A DNA stretch of 64,000 nucleotides from Octopus vulgaris. Its lineage: Eukaryota. The position numbers and the translations under genes were made by a program. Shown here piece after piece: positions 42,598 through 57,075 of this stretch. Every line of letters starts with the position of its first letter. The stretch's first letter is position 1. The DNA is taken from the NCBI GenBank assembly GCA_951406725.2, contig OX597815.1, positions 198,214,001 through 198,278,000 on the forward strand. The letters are read 5' to 3'. The notes beneath the pieces were generated by a model. The model had not been told where the DNA came from. It did no database searches and saw nothing but the letters and a program-made list of their open reading frames with translations.

Positions 42598-43216
42598 ACG
42601 GACCCTATATCGAGGAGAAAAATACAGGGGACAGGGTACAAAATGTGGACTCTGTATTACTGAAACATTAAAGAGTTTACAATCACTTCTTAAACATTAG
42701 GGGTGAAATATTCTCTCCCTGCATACAGAAGCAATATTTTACACTCAAATATTTCAAAGACGTTCCAGATTCTGCAACGGCATTCCCACCAGATAGCTAC
42801 TTTCCTAAACGTGAAATCTGAACACACATGATACGAAATCCATATACAGAAGAAATATACCCCAATGACTAATTACCGAAGCAAACAAGAATGGGGACAC
42901 CATGCCCGGAACAAAAACAAAATAATGCAACCAAATTGATAGTACAATGATTTGTCCAGTAGACAAATCGATGGGGAAAAAATGCCACCCAGGAGTGATG
43001 TCCCTTTATTCGTTGATTAAATGTTTTATTTACTTGAATTCACGAGAATCTTCGAGTACTGAGTGACGGTATGTTTTCCAAAATGTAGGCGAACATCTAC
43101 CACACTCTGTGATCGGAAGAAAAAATTGTTAAGACACTAAGACATTTTCTAATTGTTCTTAACATGAAAGCAATGGTTGCCTTATTGGTAGCCACCCTCA
43201 TCGTTCGACATGTACG

Positions 43217-43218
<2 letters not shown>
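42598..43218 (+). mobile_element. Penelope-like element: C-terminus plus 3' region, ending at (TA)n
   Basis: KCGLCITE...LNIRGEIFSPC; 3' region homologous to the reverse complement of 42130-42290. Confidence 0.8.
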
Positions 43219-43256
<38 letters not shown>

Positions 43257-43294
43257 TATGAAAGTATGCATTCGTGTGTATATACATATGTGTG

Positions 43295-43386
<92 letters not shown>

Positions 43387-43393
43387 CAATAAA

Positions 43394-43436
<43 letters not shown>

Positions 43437-43439
43437 TTA

Positions 43440-43750
43440 GTTTGTTCCTTCTCGAGCCCTACCTGCCTCATAAGGGCTGGTTTCCCGGTTTCCTTGGCGT
43501 TTTGATTCCCCACCTGGACGGGACGACGGTCCGTCGCAGGTGAGGAGCAAGATGGAGGAGGAAAGAGTGAGAGAAAGTTGCGGTGAAAGAGTCAGCAGAA
43601 GTTCGCCATTACCTTCTGTCGGAGCCACGTGGAGCTTATAAACACACACACATCGCTCATAAACACACACACATCGCTCGATCTGAGATTCGAAGCCGCG
43701 ATCCCTCGATCGCGAGTCCAATGCTCTAACCACTAGGCCATGTGCCTCCA
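43440..43750 (-). mobile_element. tRNA-derived SINE family E
   Basis: Minus head GGAGGCACATGGCCTAGTGG (A box), GCTTCGAATC (B box); homologous to 28626-28873; head abuts (CA)n. Confidence 0.9.
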
Positions 43751-43752
43751 CA

Positions 43753-43829
<77 letters not shown>

Positions 43830-44649
43830 CTGTGTGTGCATGCATATTTGTATGTATACAAGTCTCGTCGTTAAACTCATTAAAGTAATCAAATATAATC
43901 AGAAAAGCTACTGCTCTTGTTCCTAGAAATCTCACATTTGTAATAAGGAGCAGTATGAAATATGTTATACTTCTAAATACTTCATAATGGAATTTCTTAC
44001 CATATATTATGGAAATATGTGTATAGTCTATATGAAATATGCTTGGAGGTAGAATTTCCAATTTCTAATGGAGAGAGAGAGATAGATTGAAGAAGTGAGT
44101 TAAAGGAAGCTATGAGGAAGTTGAAGTGGTGCTTATCTAGATTAAATGTCGTACGTCTATTTATGACACGTTGTTTATTGGAATAGTTATATAGAGACCG
44201 CAATAGCTGTATGAGATGCTTCATATCAATAAAGAAAACTTCATGGAAGTTTTGGATTTTACTTATGACGTTATAATAAATCTAAACCTATAAAAAATTT
44301 ATTTCGTATATATTCATAATTATATACATATACATACAGAGATATATGAGGTATTTTACATATATTTATACATATACATATATGTATTATGAATGTAAAA
44401 TGTTGTTCAAAACTATGAAGCCGGAGCACTGTCCGATTTTTTTGGGAATAGGAGAAGACATCGCAATATTCAAATTTAATCAAAACCCAAAATAAATTAG
44501 ATGATAATTAGAGAAAAATCATACGGAGCCAGAAAACAGGTGTTGAAAACAATAACGCAGGGTTGAATAATGTTGCAGAAATTATGCAAAACGGGGAAAT
44601 GATCATATATTTCATTTATATTTTAAAAGCAATACAACAACGTTAGTGA

Positions 44650-45548
44650 GCTTGACCATCACCTTTCTGAAATAATTCAAAAACACGATTCCATGCTTTC
44701 AGTAAACCTCTACAGCAAATCAAATGGAAGCTATACCCAGGCCGTCTTAATTGGCGTCTCGAGTTCCTCAACAGATGAATACTTCTTGTTTCATTTCTAC
44801 ACACCGTTCGTGAGATATTCCCAGGAACTTTCTATAAGATTATGGTCGGGACTTCTTACCGGACATGCATTGTCCTGTTGAAATATAAAGTTCTCACCGC
44901 GGAGCCTTCTTCATTCTTCGTCAATGTGAGCCCCGTCCAACATATCGATGTACCACTCTGCATTGGAACGGTCATCCTCGATGACAAGAGGCAGCATTCC
45001 ATGGGCAGATACTGCTCCCCACACCATAAGACCTCCTTCGCTTTTCCTCCGGACTAAGTAGAGTTTTGTTCATATTCATGTGTACAGTAATACGTATAAA
45101 CACCTGGGCCATCCAAATTCCATTTTTCTCATCAACGAACAGGACCTTGGTCTATTCAAAATCCCACGTCTGATGCTGCCGGGCAAGCTCCAATTTTAAG
45201 AGCATTGTGGGAAGTGGAGGCAATAACGGACGCCCTAGCGGCTTTTCCAGGAGAAAACAGCGGGTCAAAACCACTTTACATATGCCGGATATCGAAGCTC
45301 CTAATCCGACTGATGTCTTCAGTTTGGAAACAGAAATGCAGCGTGACTTCTTTACAACTCTGACAATAGTCCTACCATCCCTTTCTAAAATAGCCTTGGG
45401 ACGTCCCTCTTGGATCTTTCAGAAAATTGTCCATTGGCGTTCTGCTTCGCCGAATCTTCTTGGCCGTCTTACGGTTACACATTCCTTCCGCTTTTATGGC
45501 AAGAATCTTCGATTGCTTAATATCGTAAAGCTTTGTAGCTGTAGGCAT
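44650..45548 (-). pseudogene. Tc1/Tc3-like transposase pseudogene
   Basis: N-terminus MPTATKLYDIKQSKILAIKAEGMCNRKTAKKIRRSRTPMDNFLKDP; KVLFVDEKKWNLDGPG; FIFQQDNA...RSPDHNLIESSW; several stops. Confidence 0.9.
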
Positions 45549-45881
45549 ACTGGAAATGTAGTGTGGATCACGGTGAATACCAATGAGTCGAATATGTTTC
45601 TGAAACAATCAAGAATGAAATGAAAATTTGTTAGCAGTTTTATAGTTTTGAAGTGTTGATATGCTAGGGAATATAGGAAAATCAGGTGTTTTGATGTGAT
45701 AATAAAGGCATAATTTTTACATTTTACAAAATCCACAAAACAACGTATTTCTAATAGATCATGCCTCTTAGTTCGTTTAAATACGGAGCTAAATAAACCT
45801 GTGACTTTATAGATGTATATAAATATATGCGTGTGTGCTTGCATGTGTTTCTGTTTGTGCATGCACGTATGTATGTATGTA

Positions 45882-45919
<38 letters not shown>

Positions 45920-46008
45920 TACACATACATATATACATACATACATATATATACACATTGGGAGAGAGAGAGAAAGAGTGACAGATATTATGTATACACA
46001 CGCACACA

Positions 46009-46056
<48 letters not shown>

Positions 46057-46328
46057 CACACATACGCCCATGCATTTGTAATTTCCTGATATATTTGTTC
46101 CTGCTCATTTCGGATGATATATAATACTCGAACATAACCACGGAATAGGAAGCATGTGGTTTACACCTTGTTTATAGCCGGTGCTTTGCTGGAACGCCTT
46201 TTTTAAAGCTCCTTTTTGTGTATTTTTGCATGAATTCTACAGTTAATGTAAACTCACTCAGCTACGGGTGCTGTCATGAAAGCGTTCTTTGTGTGTGTCT
46301 CATGTGTGTTTCTCTCTCTGTCTCTGCC

Positions 46329-46401
<73 letters not shown>

Positions 46402-49400
46402 GTAAATATATATATATAATTGTTATCATTATTATTATTGTTATAGTAATATTTATTATTTTCCGCTATCAAATTGAATTTCTTCAGTTGCTCTTTTGTT
46501 TTGCATTCCCGGTTTTGAATAATGCTTCAGTTATGACATTTGTCTTTTTTAGCAGTTTTGATAAATATATAATTCTCTTGAAACCCCTCCTAAGCGCACA
46601 TTGCCTTTCTACTTTAAGTTGCTTATAAATAATATAGCAAGTGTTGAAGTGAATTCTTTTCTTTGCTTATTCGTACATATTAAAAATATTTGATACCCAT
46701 TGTAGAATGGATATATTTCTAAGCTAAATCTTGGATTTATTACTCTCCAAGAACACATATGTTTAATATAAATACATATTTCAATGATAATCCCCTTATA
46801 TTATGACGATATATATTCAAAATTGCAATATCTAAGCGTTTCTTCAAAGATGTCCGTTATTTATCAAATAATTTTTGATACAGTATCATGATGCTGCTGT
46901 TAAAACTTAAAATATCTCTGCATAAATGACCATCTAATATTTATATCAAGTTTTAAAAACAACATTTGAGTTACAAATGTATTATCTCTACTCATTTATT
47001 CATTTCTTTCCCGTGTGTAATTTATATCGTTTGCCTGTGAAATTATTCTGTACCATATCAGTTACTTCTAAGATGGTGTAGCAAGGCTTCTGTTCAGGTT
47101 TTGCCATAGCTCTCATGTTTTCCTAGAGAAAACCCAGTACCGAATGATTTTCGTTAATGTATGAGTGTAGCCATAACATATTAACGTCTTTCAAATTCCT
47201 TCTTTCTTCATCTGCTGTCTTTTAGGAGAAATATTTCGTGGGACTATTTTTTGTGGTGCTGGTCTATTTCTTCGGTTTTTATCCGTTCGTCACAATTTTC
47301 TCACATTATAGACAAAAATGAATAAACTTTATATCGATACAAATACACCTAAACCAATGTAAATTCATACAAAATAAACAAAACATACAGACATCCTCGG
47401 CAAACAAAGAATTTTTCATTATGAATGTTTCTATTTATAATCGCATATTACGTTCTCCTGCGGCTTTGAAATTCTTGCAATTCAATTTCATTAATATCAT
47501 TCAATTACTGTTGTTCTTCATGTAATTATTTTCTGTATATTTTCTTTCTGTTTGTTGTAAAAGCAAACTCCCTTGTAAGAAGACTGCTGTTGCGAGGACC
47601 ATGCTGCATAGCCTTCATATCCATAAACACGATCTAATGTATCTCCATAAACGGTAAATGTTGCTATTAAAAGTATTAGTGTCTTCGCTAACATAGACCG
47701 ACCAATCAACACTGCTGCCTTATTATGATCAATGCTCTAATGTTCAACCTAGAGAGACAAATTTTACAAGCATAGCTGGCCAAGAATTCTAGAAGATGGC
47801 TTAATGATACAGATGTTGTCAAAATCAAACCTCAATCAGAGATCCACTAAACCACATTGTGGAATCTGTATTTCTTCTCTAAGCATATCGTTCTCACCCC
47901 ACTGATTGACGTTCTTATTGTTACTTGCTTACGCTGTACTCGACCAGAGGCACCAAACTTAACTTGTGGTGTCGAATAAGGCTTATGAAGTATATGCTGT
48001 GATTTAACCTCCTTCTACTACTTCCAAAATAATTTAGAAGGTTCTATGAAAGAAGACTACTATGTGTTATGTTTGCTAAGCTTTGTTCAATAAATTAATC
48101 AGTTATAGATTTTGTAACTAAAGAAAACGTGATTTAATGAATTATTTAAAATTACGATTGCATCGTGTGTGGAAATTTGTTTTCACACGTCATATATTAG
48201 CCAAGTGAAGGGTATAACCCACTACAATTCCAGAAACGGAAACCGCTAATCCCTTGATCATCACATTTGCATGATTTTAAAATGGACTCTGTAAATGATA
48301 TCATCACCACACTTTAAGCGTAGAGGATCCAAGGGAGAGAGATGGTGTGTAGAAGCAAAAGCAGATTTCAGAATTTGACTGCTACTTTATCGTATGTACA
48401 TCAGAATAATGAAAATTAAAGTGTATCTCGATGGGATTCTGAATCAAAACGTAGAGAACCTGACTGGATAGTGCAATACAGTCGATATGATGCTTGTATA
48501 AATATTGCTAATACACGTCTTATCCTCGCAACTTACATTGTTATATTGATATTTTGCCTAGGTGGTGATAGCTCATGAAGTGTTAGCAACAATCAATATT
48601 AACCAGACTGAAAGCGCATTATTTATCCCCTTCCAAAGTTTATAATTTCATTAGAAATTAGAAATCCAATGTTTCATTCACTCATAACAATTAAACAAAC
48701 ATCAATGCCGGATTTTCAGTCCTGTATCCATACTATTTTCCAGGAAATAATGTATTGGAGATAAACATTCTTTCCTCAGGTCTAACTCATCAATTGTTAA
48801 TGAGCGGCCTCTTGTTAAGAAGGAAAAATATGGTTTTGTTGCATCTAACTTTCACATGACATCGTGAATTTCGCTGTTTTAGAAAGCTAGAGAATCGCGT
48901 ATAACAATGCTTGTGTGGTTTCATATGTAATACGTATCAAACGTTATGTTACATATATCACTATAGATTACTGCTGTCAAAGTTAATTCTTTGAGTCAGG
49001 GCATTTTGACAATGAATTTTTAGAGGTTATGAATAAACAATTCAGTTTTCAGCTGGGTCCAGCTATGCTCTATGGAAAAGAAGCACCTGCAAGATAGAGC
49101 TATATTCTTAAATATCTTTATCGCTTTAGTTGGATGTAGTGTCAGTTTATTATTCAATATTTTGCAAACCTAAGACTTCCTTGCCAAAAGAATGTTCCAC
49201 TTGCTAGGATAGAATAGATTTTTGGAATTAAATCATTTATCAGTAAACTAACAATTACCAAACGATGACAGCGCCAACGCTGAGTAATGGTTGCTGATCG
49301 TGACGTAAAATCTTCCTCTTTGCCATCATAGAATAAATTATGAATTATAAGTAAGGAAATATGTACGCCCTCTGTCGATGATATTCACTGATTGCTATCA

Positions 49401-50104
49401 CCCCGGCCGCTTCTAAATGTGTTACATTAATCCTAGCTATCAGAAATACCTAATCCAGTGAATCTCAATATTACTTATGTACCTCTTTATTATTTTATTG
49501 CGTCTTGAAAGAGATGTCACGAAAATATTATTATTATTTGTCGTGTTTATCAAATCCCACTGGTTATTTCTCTTTTCTCAAGCTTTATTTTGCAAAATTT
49601 ACCAGGGATATCATTATGGTTTCACAACATTAAAATTACGTTTAAATTGAGTATTTTTGCTATCTACGGTCTTGATCTACTCCGGATATATATTTAGAGA
49701 TAAGTTACAAGAAAATACCATATCCGAAATTACTCTTCTTTTAGTTACCCTTATGCTCCTAAGATTAATGTCACTTAATCTCAACCAAGATGTTTATTCC
49801 AATTAGGAAATATAAATACAATATTTAAAGAAAATATAGATTTCCTATATGCCAATGAAATGGCTCTAGGGGAATAGATTGTATGAATGGAAAGTAATGT
49901 AGGATTCATCGCCTTCAGCGTTATGATGAATTAAAATACGATATGTTTATGTAGACTATTGAATAGATATTTCTAGTAGGCTAATGATAGGAGGTTATAA
50001 GTGAATTTCACAAGTGCATTTCAATTTTCACTTCATTGAATTTTCCGAGAGCTTTTTTTAAAGATATCGAATAATTCCTGGACAAATGTAATAAACTCGC
50101 ATAA

Positions 50105-50600
50105 GATATTGGAATACCAGGATTGCTACCTTTCTTGAATACCAATATAATAAGAAATATTTACTATAAACTGAATTCAAACGCTTACATTAAGGAGCCT
50201 TATTAAGTATTTTTGCAGCTGTATACATAACCGGACCTATTTTGCTCTATTAATGTAAATGGTAGCTTTTGTGGCGTATTGAACACGACAACTTTGTTTA
50301 GTCAAGACCCTAATTCTATCGAGGAAACATTATGCTCAACAATGCTTATATGATATTAGAATAGCAGGATTGCTACCTTTCTTGAATACCAATATAATAA
50401 CAAATATTTTCTATAAACTGAATACAAACGCTTACATTAGAGAGCCTTATTAAGTATTTTTTGCAGCTATGTACATAACCGGACCTATTTTGCTCTACTA
50501 ATGTAAATAGTAGCTTCTGTGGAGTATTGAACAAGAAATCTTTGTTTAGTCAAGACTCAAAATTTATAGAGGAAATATTATGCTCAACAATGTGTATATG
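50105..50600. repeat. Tandem duplication, two ~247-bp units
   Basis: GATATT.GAATA.CAGGATTGCTACCTTTCTTGAATACC starts at 50105 and 50352; colinear throughout with scattered substitutions. Confidence 0.95.
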
Positions 50601-51115
50601 GGTGGAAAAATCCAAATATCATAATTATAGAGAAGTAACTACCAAACATATTACTTTGCAAAAGATTGTTCTATATTCAATCATGTATTTTATACTAATT
50701 TTATTTCTTATACCATTACTAAACTAATATAATCATAAATTATTTAGTAGAATGTTAAAGAGTATGTCTTTCCTGTATACCCTGTAACGTTTTCACTCAC
50801 ATCTGCAATGCTAGAATGCATTATAGGAAGCCCGTCTACAGCATATATAGGGGTGTTCAAGCCCAAAATTTATCCTGAATATAAGCTTAGATTTAATAGG
50901 GACAATGTGATACTTGTTATAATTCTTACAGCTAGATGGAACTGGTTGAAGGAGCACGTTCTATTAAACATATTAAACAGGAAGATTCAGCCGACACCTT
51001 GATTCCTTAAGTAGTACAGCATTTGCATAATTCAATACCTGAGCGCATCACATACTCGAACTGTTTCAAGGCAGCAAGTAATATTGCATCGCAGATGTTC
51101 AAAATATAGATACCT

Positions 51116-51345
51116 ATTTCTTTACTAGCCACAAGGGGCTAAACACAGTGAGAACAAACTAGGACAGACAGACTGATAAAGTCGATTATATCGACCCCAG
51201 TGCGTAACTGGTACTTATTTAATCGATCCCGAAAGGATGAAAGGCAAAGTCGACCTCTGTTGAATTTGAACTCAAAACGTAACAGCAGACGAAATACCAC
51301 AAAGTATTTCGCCCGGCGTGCTAACGTTTCTGCCAGCTCGCCGCC
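51116..51345 (-). mobile_element. SINE family C with 18-bp TSD
   Basis: TTCAAAATATAGATACCT at 51098-51115 and 51346-51363. Confidence 0.95.
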
Positions 51346-51577
51346 TTCAAAATATAGATACCTGGCATACAAACGCTTTCATGAAGTCATTTGATCCTCA
51401 CTGCGGGTACACAACATGGCCGTTTCCGTAATATTAGAGGTAATCGTGATCATACCTGGAATATTTGCTTGCTACATGTATATGATGACCGGAGATAAGA
51501 TAGATCGTATCGGGACATTTTTCAGTTTCATAAACATTACCATCACTTCAATACGTCTTCATTATGTTTTTTTCTTC

Positions 51578-51882
51578 AGTAGATATGTGGTAAGAATCTT
51601 CCTACTCAACCACATGATTCTGGATACAGTCCGTGGCAACTTGGAAAAGTGTCTTCTACTATAACCTCAGACCGACAAAAGCTTTGTGAGAGGGTTTGGT
51701 AGACGGAAACTGAAAGAAGCATGTCGTGTTTACGTCCCCGTAATTTAGCGGATCGGCAAAATTGACCGATAGTATAGGTACTAGGCATACAACAACTTTG
51801 TTATGCGATGTATTTGTTCGACTAAACGCGGTGCTCCAGCCTGGCCGTAGTCAAATGACTGAAGCAGGTAAAAGAATAAAAG
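51578..51882 (+). mobile_element. Diverged SINE family A lacking the internal microsatellite
   Basis: Aligns to family A with GAAAGAAGC joined almost directly to GTTTACGTCCCCG. Confidence 0.85.
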
Positions 51883-52742
51883 AACAATGAAGATGTCTGG
51901 AATACAGAAAAGAGGAAGACCAGCTGCTGTCCTATGATACCCATTGACATTCAATGCACAATCATTTCTGATGTGGCAGTTAGATTGCAACTATACCAAG
52001 AAAAATCCGTCAATCTTTCAGCAGCATATAGACAACGCAGAAATACAATTTCATCACAGCAGGGTGCATTTATCAAGATCTACTAATCCAAACACAGATT
52101 TGGAAATCTCTGGGCCTGTTTCATGGATTTTCTAAAAGAGGTTTTGTCAATACTAGCCTCAATGTCCATACTTGAATAATTGATATCGGTAGATATCCAG
52201 TGATTATTTCCAAAACTCACTAGAATTCATCTGATGAAATGCCAAGTAATCATTTTGTCTTCCCATTTAACATCACTTTCAAGATTCCTGACATACAATC
52301 CACGAACAACATATTATTCTTGCTCTACATCATTCCATGCACAGTGGCAACGTGCTTCGAGTAAGAAAGGAAGCGGCTTAAAATAAGAGGGAACTTGCAT
52401 TGGGGGGAAAAAACCTCTCAGAGTAAGAAACATGCCCTCTGACGCTAAATTACATCTGCAATGCCGCTTGGTTTAAATTTTGATTTCGAGCAATCAACTA
52501 AAATTAAGTATATATCGATAGGAAACCTCTTATGTCAATGCCGATTCTCAAAACCACGCCTAAGTATATCAAGAATCTTTTGAATTCATTTCCAATCTGC
52601 CACTAAATTGAAGCATGGACATGCAATTAGGAACCACTGTTCGTAAGTTTGCTGAACAACGGTGCTCTGGAAACATTTATATTTATGCTTGTGTGTGTTT
52701 GAGCATCTGACTGTGTGACGCTATAAGTAATTGTATTAGTGG

Positions 52743-53115
<373 letters not shown>

Positions 53116-53584
53116 GATAAAGAGAGATAGGAGCAAAAGGCCACGACGAAGAAAAAGAGAGAAATGCTAGTATTTTAAACAAAGTTTTTGTTGAACTTTT
53201 GGTTATTTAAACTAGTTATCTGACACGTAACGTTATTTTTTCTTTCTTGAGTATTGTACAACCACTCTTAAGACATTCCATTCCTTATTCCAGTTGTCCT
53301 ATGCATATCTTCGCCATCACAATTATTATCTTCCCACGCGTTTATTTAGAATATTCCAGTAAATTTCATTGAACTGACAGACATATTCTCTATTCCCATT
53401 TGTAGAGAGAATTTTCCTTTTAACTTGTACTTATTCAACTTCAAAATACACTCACCTGAAATTACACCCACACTCACCTGGAGCATATCGAACATCAGCC
53501 ATCAGAATATGCTATATGACATTTGAAAATGCTAGTACATTTTTATCAGTCAAATTTCTTTTATATAACAGCAGTAATTTTGCA

Positions 53585-54539
53585 CTAGCGGAACCCGTTG
53601 ATATTTCACGGAATTGTTGGTAAACATATTGGGTTATATCTGAAAACTTTAACCAAAAGACCCCAAAGCGTAACCTGTGTTGTGTCTGCATCGAAAGATA
53701 GTTGCTTATGTCTTAATCTTTGAAAAGTGAACGAAACTGCAATACGATGATTACTTATTGCACTTTATACGTTATATACTTTATGCACAATTTTATAGAC
53801 TTAATACACAACGCACTTAAAATATTCACTCTTATTTTTCAATTTTTCCCATAAAGAAACATAATAATCCCGTACATATGATACAACCTTTAGTTAAATT
53901 GTATATATATCTGCTACGTAAATGAGACTGAATACTTCACGGAATTGCACATATGTGTATGCGTTATGCGATAGGTGATATATAATACTTAGTTCAATTA
54001 AAATAAAAAATGCACATTTCACTATCGAATCTCCACCACAACTATCTCTATCTCCACCACCACCACTACTACCTCCATCATCATTTCTCCCTCTCTCTCT
54101 CTCTCCCACTCTATCTCTCTTCCTCTCTCTCTCTCCCACTCTATCTCTCTTCCTCTCACTCCCCACTTCCTCTGCCTTTCTGTTACCTCACCATCAGAAC
54201 ATCTCACCTCTGCAAAAAATTATATTTCTAATTTTCCTCCTCTACATTTAACTAACCCTTTTAACCACGTGATAAATATTACGTTCCTTGCACCTTACGT
54301 CATTAATGCTTCTCCTTCTTTCTTCTTCCAGCCTCATTCTTCGCCTTATCCTCTTCTTCATTTCTCTTTTTTCTCTCTCTCTCATATCTTTCACCTACTC
54401 ACGTGATCGTGTTACAATTACATCCCTCCTACCTCACGTCATGGACGTTTCTTCTCTCCCACTCTCTTTCTCCCGCTTTTTTTCTGAAATCGTTATAATC
54501 GGGCTGAGTAACGTAACGACAAGCATAATCTTTATAAGA
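53585..54539 (-). mobile_element. Non-autonomous Helitron-like element, copy 2
   Basis: Minus strand A|TC start, 3' hairpin CCGTGAAATATCAACGG then CTAG|T; no TSD. Confidence 0.85.
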
Positions 54540-54714
54540 TGATATCCTTCTTATTCCCGCTAATAACGTTACCTTATTTTCTGAGCAATACAAAACCAAG
54601 TATTGAGAAACGTTTATTCATTCTCACTCACACGAAGGATTAGTGATGAATTGTCAGACTGAACTTGTCCCCTGGGTATATCACCCTGGCAAATGAAAGA
54701 TAGAAGATGGAACA

Positions 54715-55980
54715 TACGAGAATTTATTATTAATCTCGACAATTGTTTCGACACATCTAGCATCGACCCCTCACGGGTGGGACATTCAACAACTGCTTCA
54801 GGAGCATCAGGCTGTGCAGGTGTATCTTGTCAGGTGGTGAATAAATACAATTCGTTAAAATAACAGTTCCGCAATGTAACTTCCTGTTTTGTAGAAAAGC
54901 AACGAGACGGAGAAAAACAAGAGAAATGTAGACGCAAACCAGCGTGAAAAGTATTTAAAATAACCGTTAATAAATATGAATGAATAAACACCATCGGGAA
55001 AGCGGCATGGCGCGAGTACATTCGCTCATGCCAGCATCCGCAAGACTGTGAGCATACGCACACGTAAGGTTTGGTGCACTCATGATTACAAAGCGAGTTA
55101 GCTATCTACTAAGTGTTTTTAAGAACGGTGAGCTTCAAAGTATCCATACCTTAAAGTAAATTAAATTATGTTAACGGTTACTCAGAATTCATTCCCATTG
55201 AATTGTACGAAAGTACATTTATATGCGTGCAGGTATCTCGAGAGTTTAAAGGCGGCGTGCTGGTAGAAACGTTAGCACGCCAGGCGAAATGCTTAGCGGT
55301 ATTCCATCTGCCGCTACGTTCTGAGTTCAAATTCCACCGGGGTCGACTTTGCCATTCATCCTTTTGGGGTCGATAAATTAAGTACCAGTTACGCACTGGA
55401 GTCGATGTAATCGACTTAATCCGTTTGTCTGTCCTTGTTTGTCCCCTCTATGTTTAGCCCCTTGTGGATAGTAAACAAATAGGTATCTCGAGAGTTGTTC
55501 AGAAATTCTATTAGTGATCTTTTCGTTAGTCCACAGAATACACAGTGATTCTTCGGAGTAGAGATGGCATCTCCTGGAAATTATATTGCATGGTTTGACG
55601 TACTTTACTATGAACCATGCTATGCTGTACTTCATTTTATCCACCTTCAGTCGCCATACAAAATCTGCTAAAGATGTTCAAGGTCTCTTATTGATTGTCT
55701 TAAAGCTAGCAACATGGTTACGATAACGATTCTTAAATGAATCAGCCGTCTTCCCAATGTAAACATTCGGCCCTCCCCTTGTGTGCACGGTACATTTGTA
55801 TACAAGTTTTGTATTCATACAGAGATTCATCAAAGGATGTTTTGATTTTCTCTACATGAGTATTTATCGTATTTATTTGTATATAAGGCAGTCCCAAATC
55901 CATTTACCAGCGTTGTTACCATGTTAGCTGTGCCATAAGTATTTCTATTACTACAAAGTGGTTGTAATTGCTGTTTATCA
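54715..55980 (-). mobile_element. Penelope-like element (GIY-YIG domain and 3' region), interrupted by a SINE
   Basis: LVYKCTV...VYIGKTADSFKNRYRNHVASFK...TSLADFVWRLK...RCHLYSEE...TNRISEQLSR|YLH; terminal CCTGAAG...TCGAAAC. Confidence 0.88.
55251..55480 (+). mobile_element. SINE family C with 16-bp TSD, nested in the Penelope element
   Basis: AGGTATCTCGAGAGTT at 55231-55246 and 55481-55496. Confidence 0.95.
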
Positions 55981-56018
55981 TTAAGCTTTATTTATTCATG
56001 GTTGGTATATAGATGCAA

Positions 56019-56051
<33 letters not shown>

Positions 56052-56689
56052 TGTATGTATGTATGTATGTATGTATGTATGTATGTATGTATGAATGCAT
56101 ATGTCCATGTGTGTATGTATATACATATGTATGTATGTTTGTATGTATGTATGTAGGTATGTATGTGTGAACGAGTCGATAATCGAGGAGCAGGAAGAAC
56201 TTTACTTTAAAAAAAACCTTAGAAAGTACAAAAATCATCTTTCAGGTACAGTCTCGGTTTACTGAGGCGAAAGGTTGTGGATATTTTTTATATCGAAGTA
56301 AGGCAGCTGAAAATGTTATTCTTATTTTTCGGTAAACTGGTTGGTTTTCCAGGTATGCGAATTAAACAGAAGACTTAAGGAATGGAGTAGTTAATACCCG
56401 GGTTATATATGCTTCATAGCGAAGGGAACCTCTGAAGTAGAAAATATCCAAGCGGGGGGATTACTGCAGGCTACACTTCAATTCTTCAGTCCAAGTGTAT
56501 CTTGATTAAATAAAGTTACATTGTCGTATGGAGGTACATGAAGACACACGGACGGTTTGACCTGAATGTGTAGTGAGCACGGTTAGAATGGAAAATATAT
56601 TGGGGAGAGAAAATAAGGGGAGTGAAAAAGAAAAGAATATAGGAAAAAAGAAAGAGTCGATAAACAAACATTAAATAGTGGGTGGGTTT

Positions 56690-57075
56690 TTTTTCTGTAG
56701 TTTCAGCTCAGAGCTGCGCCCATGCCGATGCACCACCGTTTAATGAAAAAATAAAGACGGACGATATGCCACTAAGCATTTCTGTCCGGCTTGCAAACGG
56801 TTCTGCCAGCTCGTTTGCCTTAAAGGATTGTAAAGAATTTAAGCAATGTCACTTCGCAGGTGGTTTTCATTAGGACCATTTTGGCCGGATCAAAGAAAAA
56901 TGCTAAGATATTGGTATTTCAGGATAATGTGGAGCGAAGAGTGGGGAACATTTGTGATCAAGGGCTCCATTCAGTTTCTATCTCCCAAATCCACTCACAA
57001 GCTTTTGGTCGTCCCGACGCTATCGTAGAAGACACTTGCCCCAAGATGCAACTCAGTGGAACTGAATCCGAAAAC
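56690..57075 (-). mobile_element. Cluster of SINE fragments (shared tail 56690-56742, family C head 56752-56820, family A 56962-57075)
   Basis: Each piece aligns to other copies in this window. Confidence 0.75.

Noticed and set aside
47518-47712. 64-aa minus-strand ORF with a signal-peptide-like hydrophobic start
   Set aside because: No recognisable domain or splice context; lies in probable decayed TE sequence
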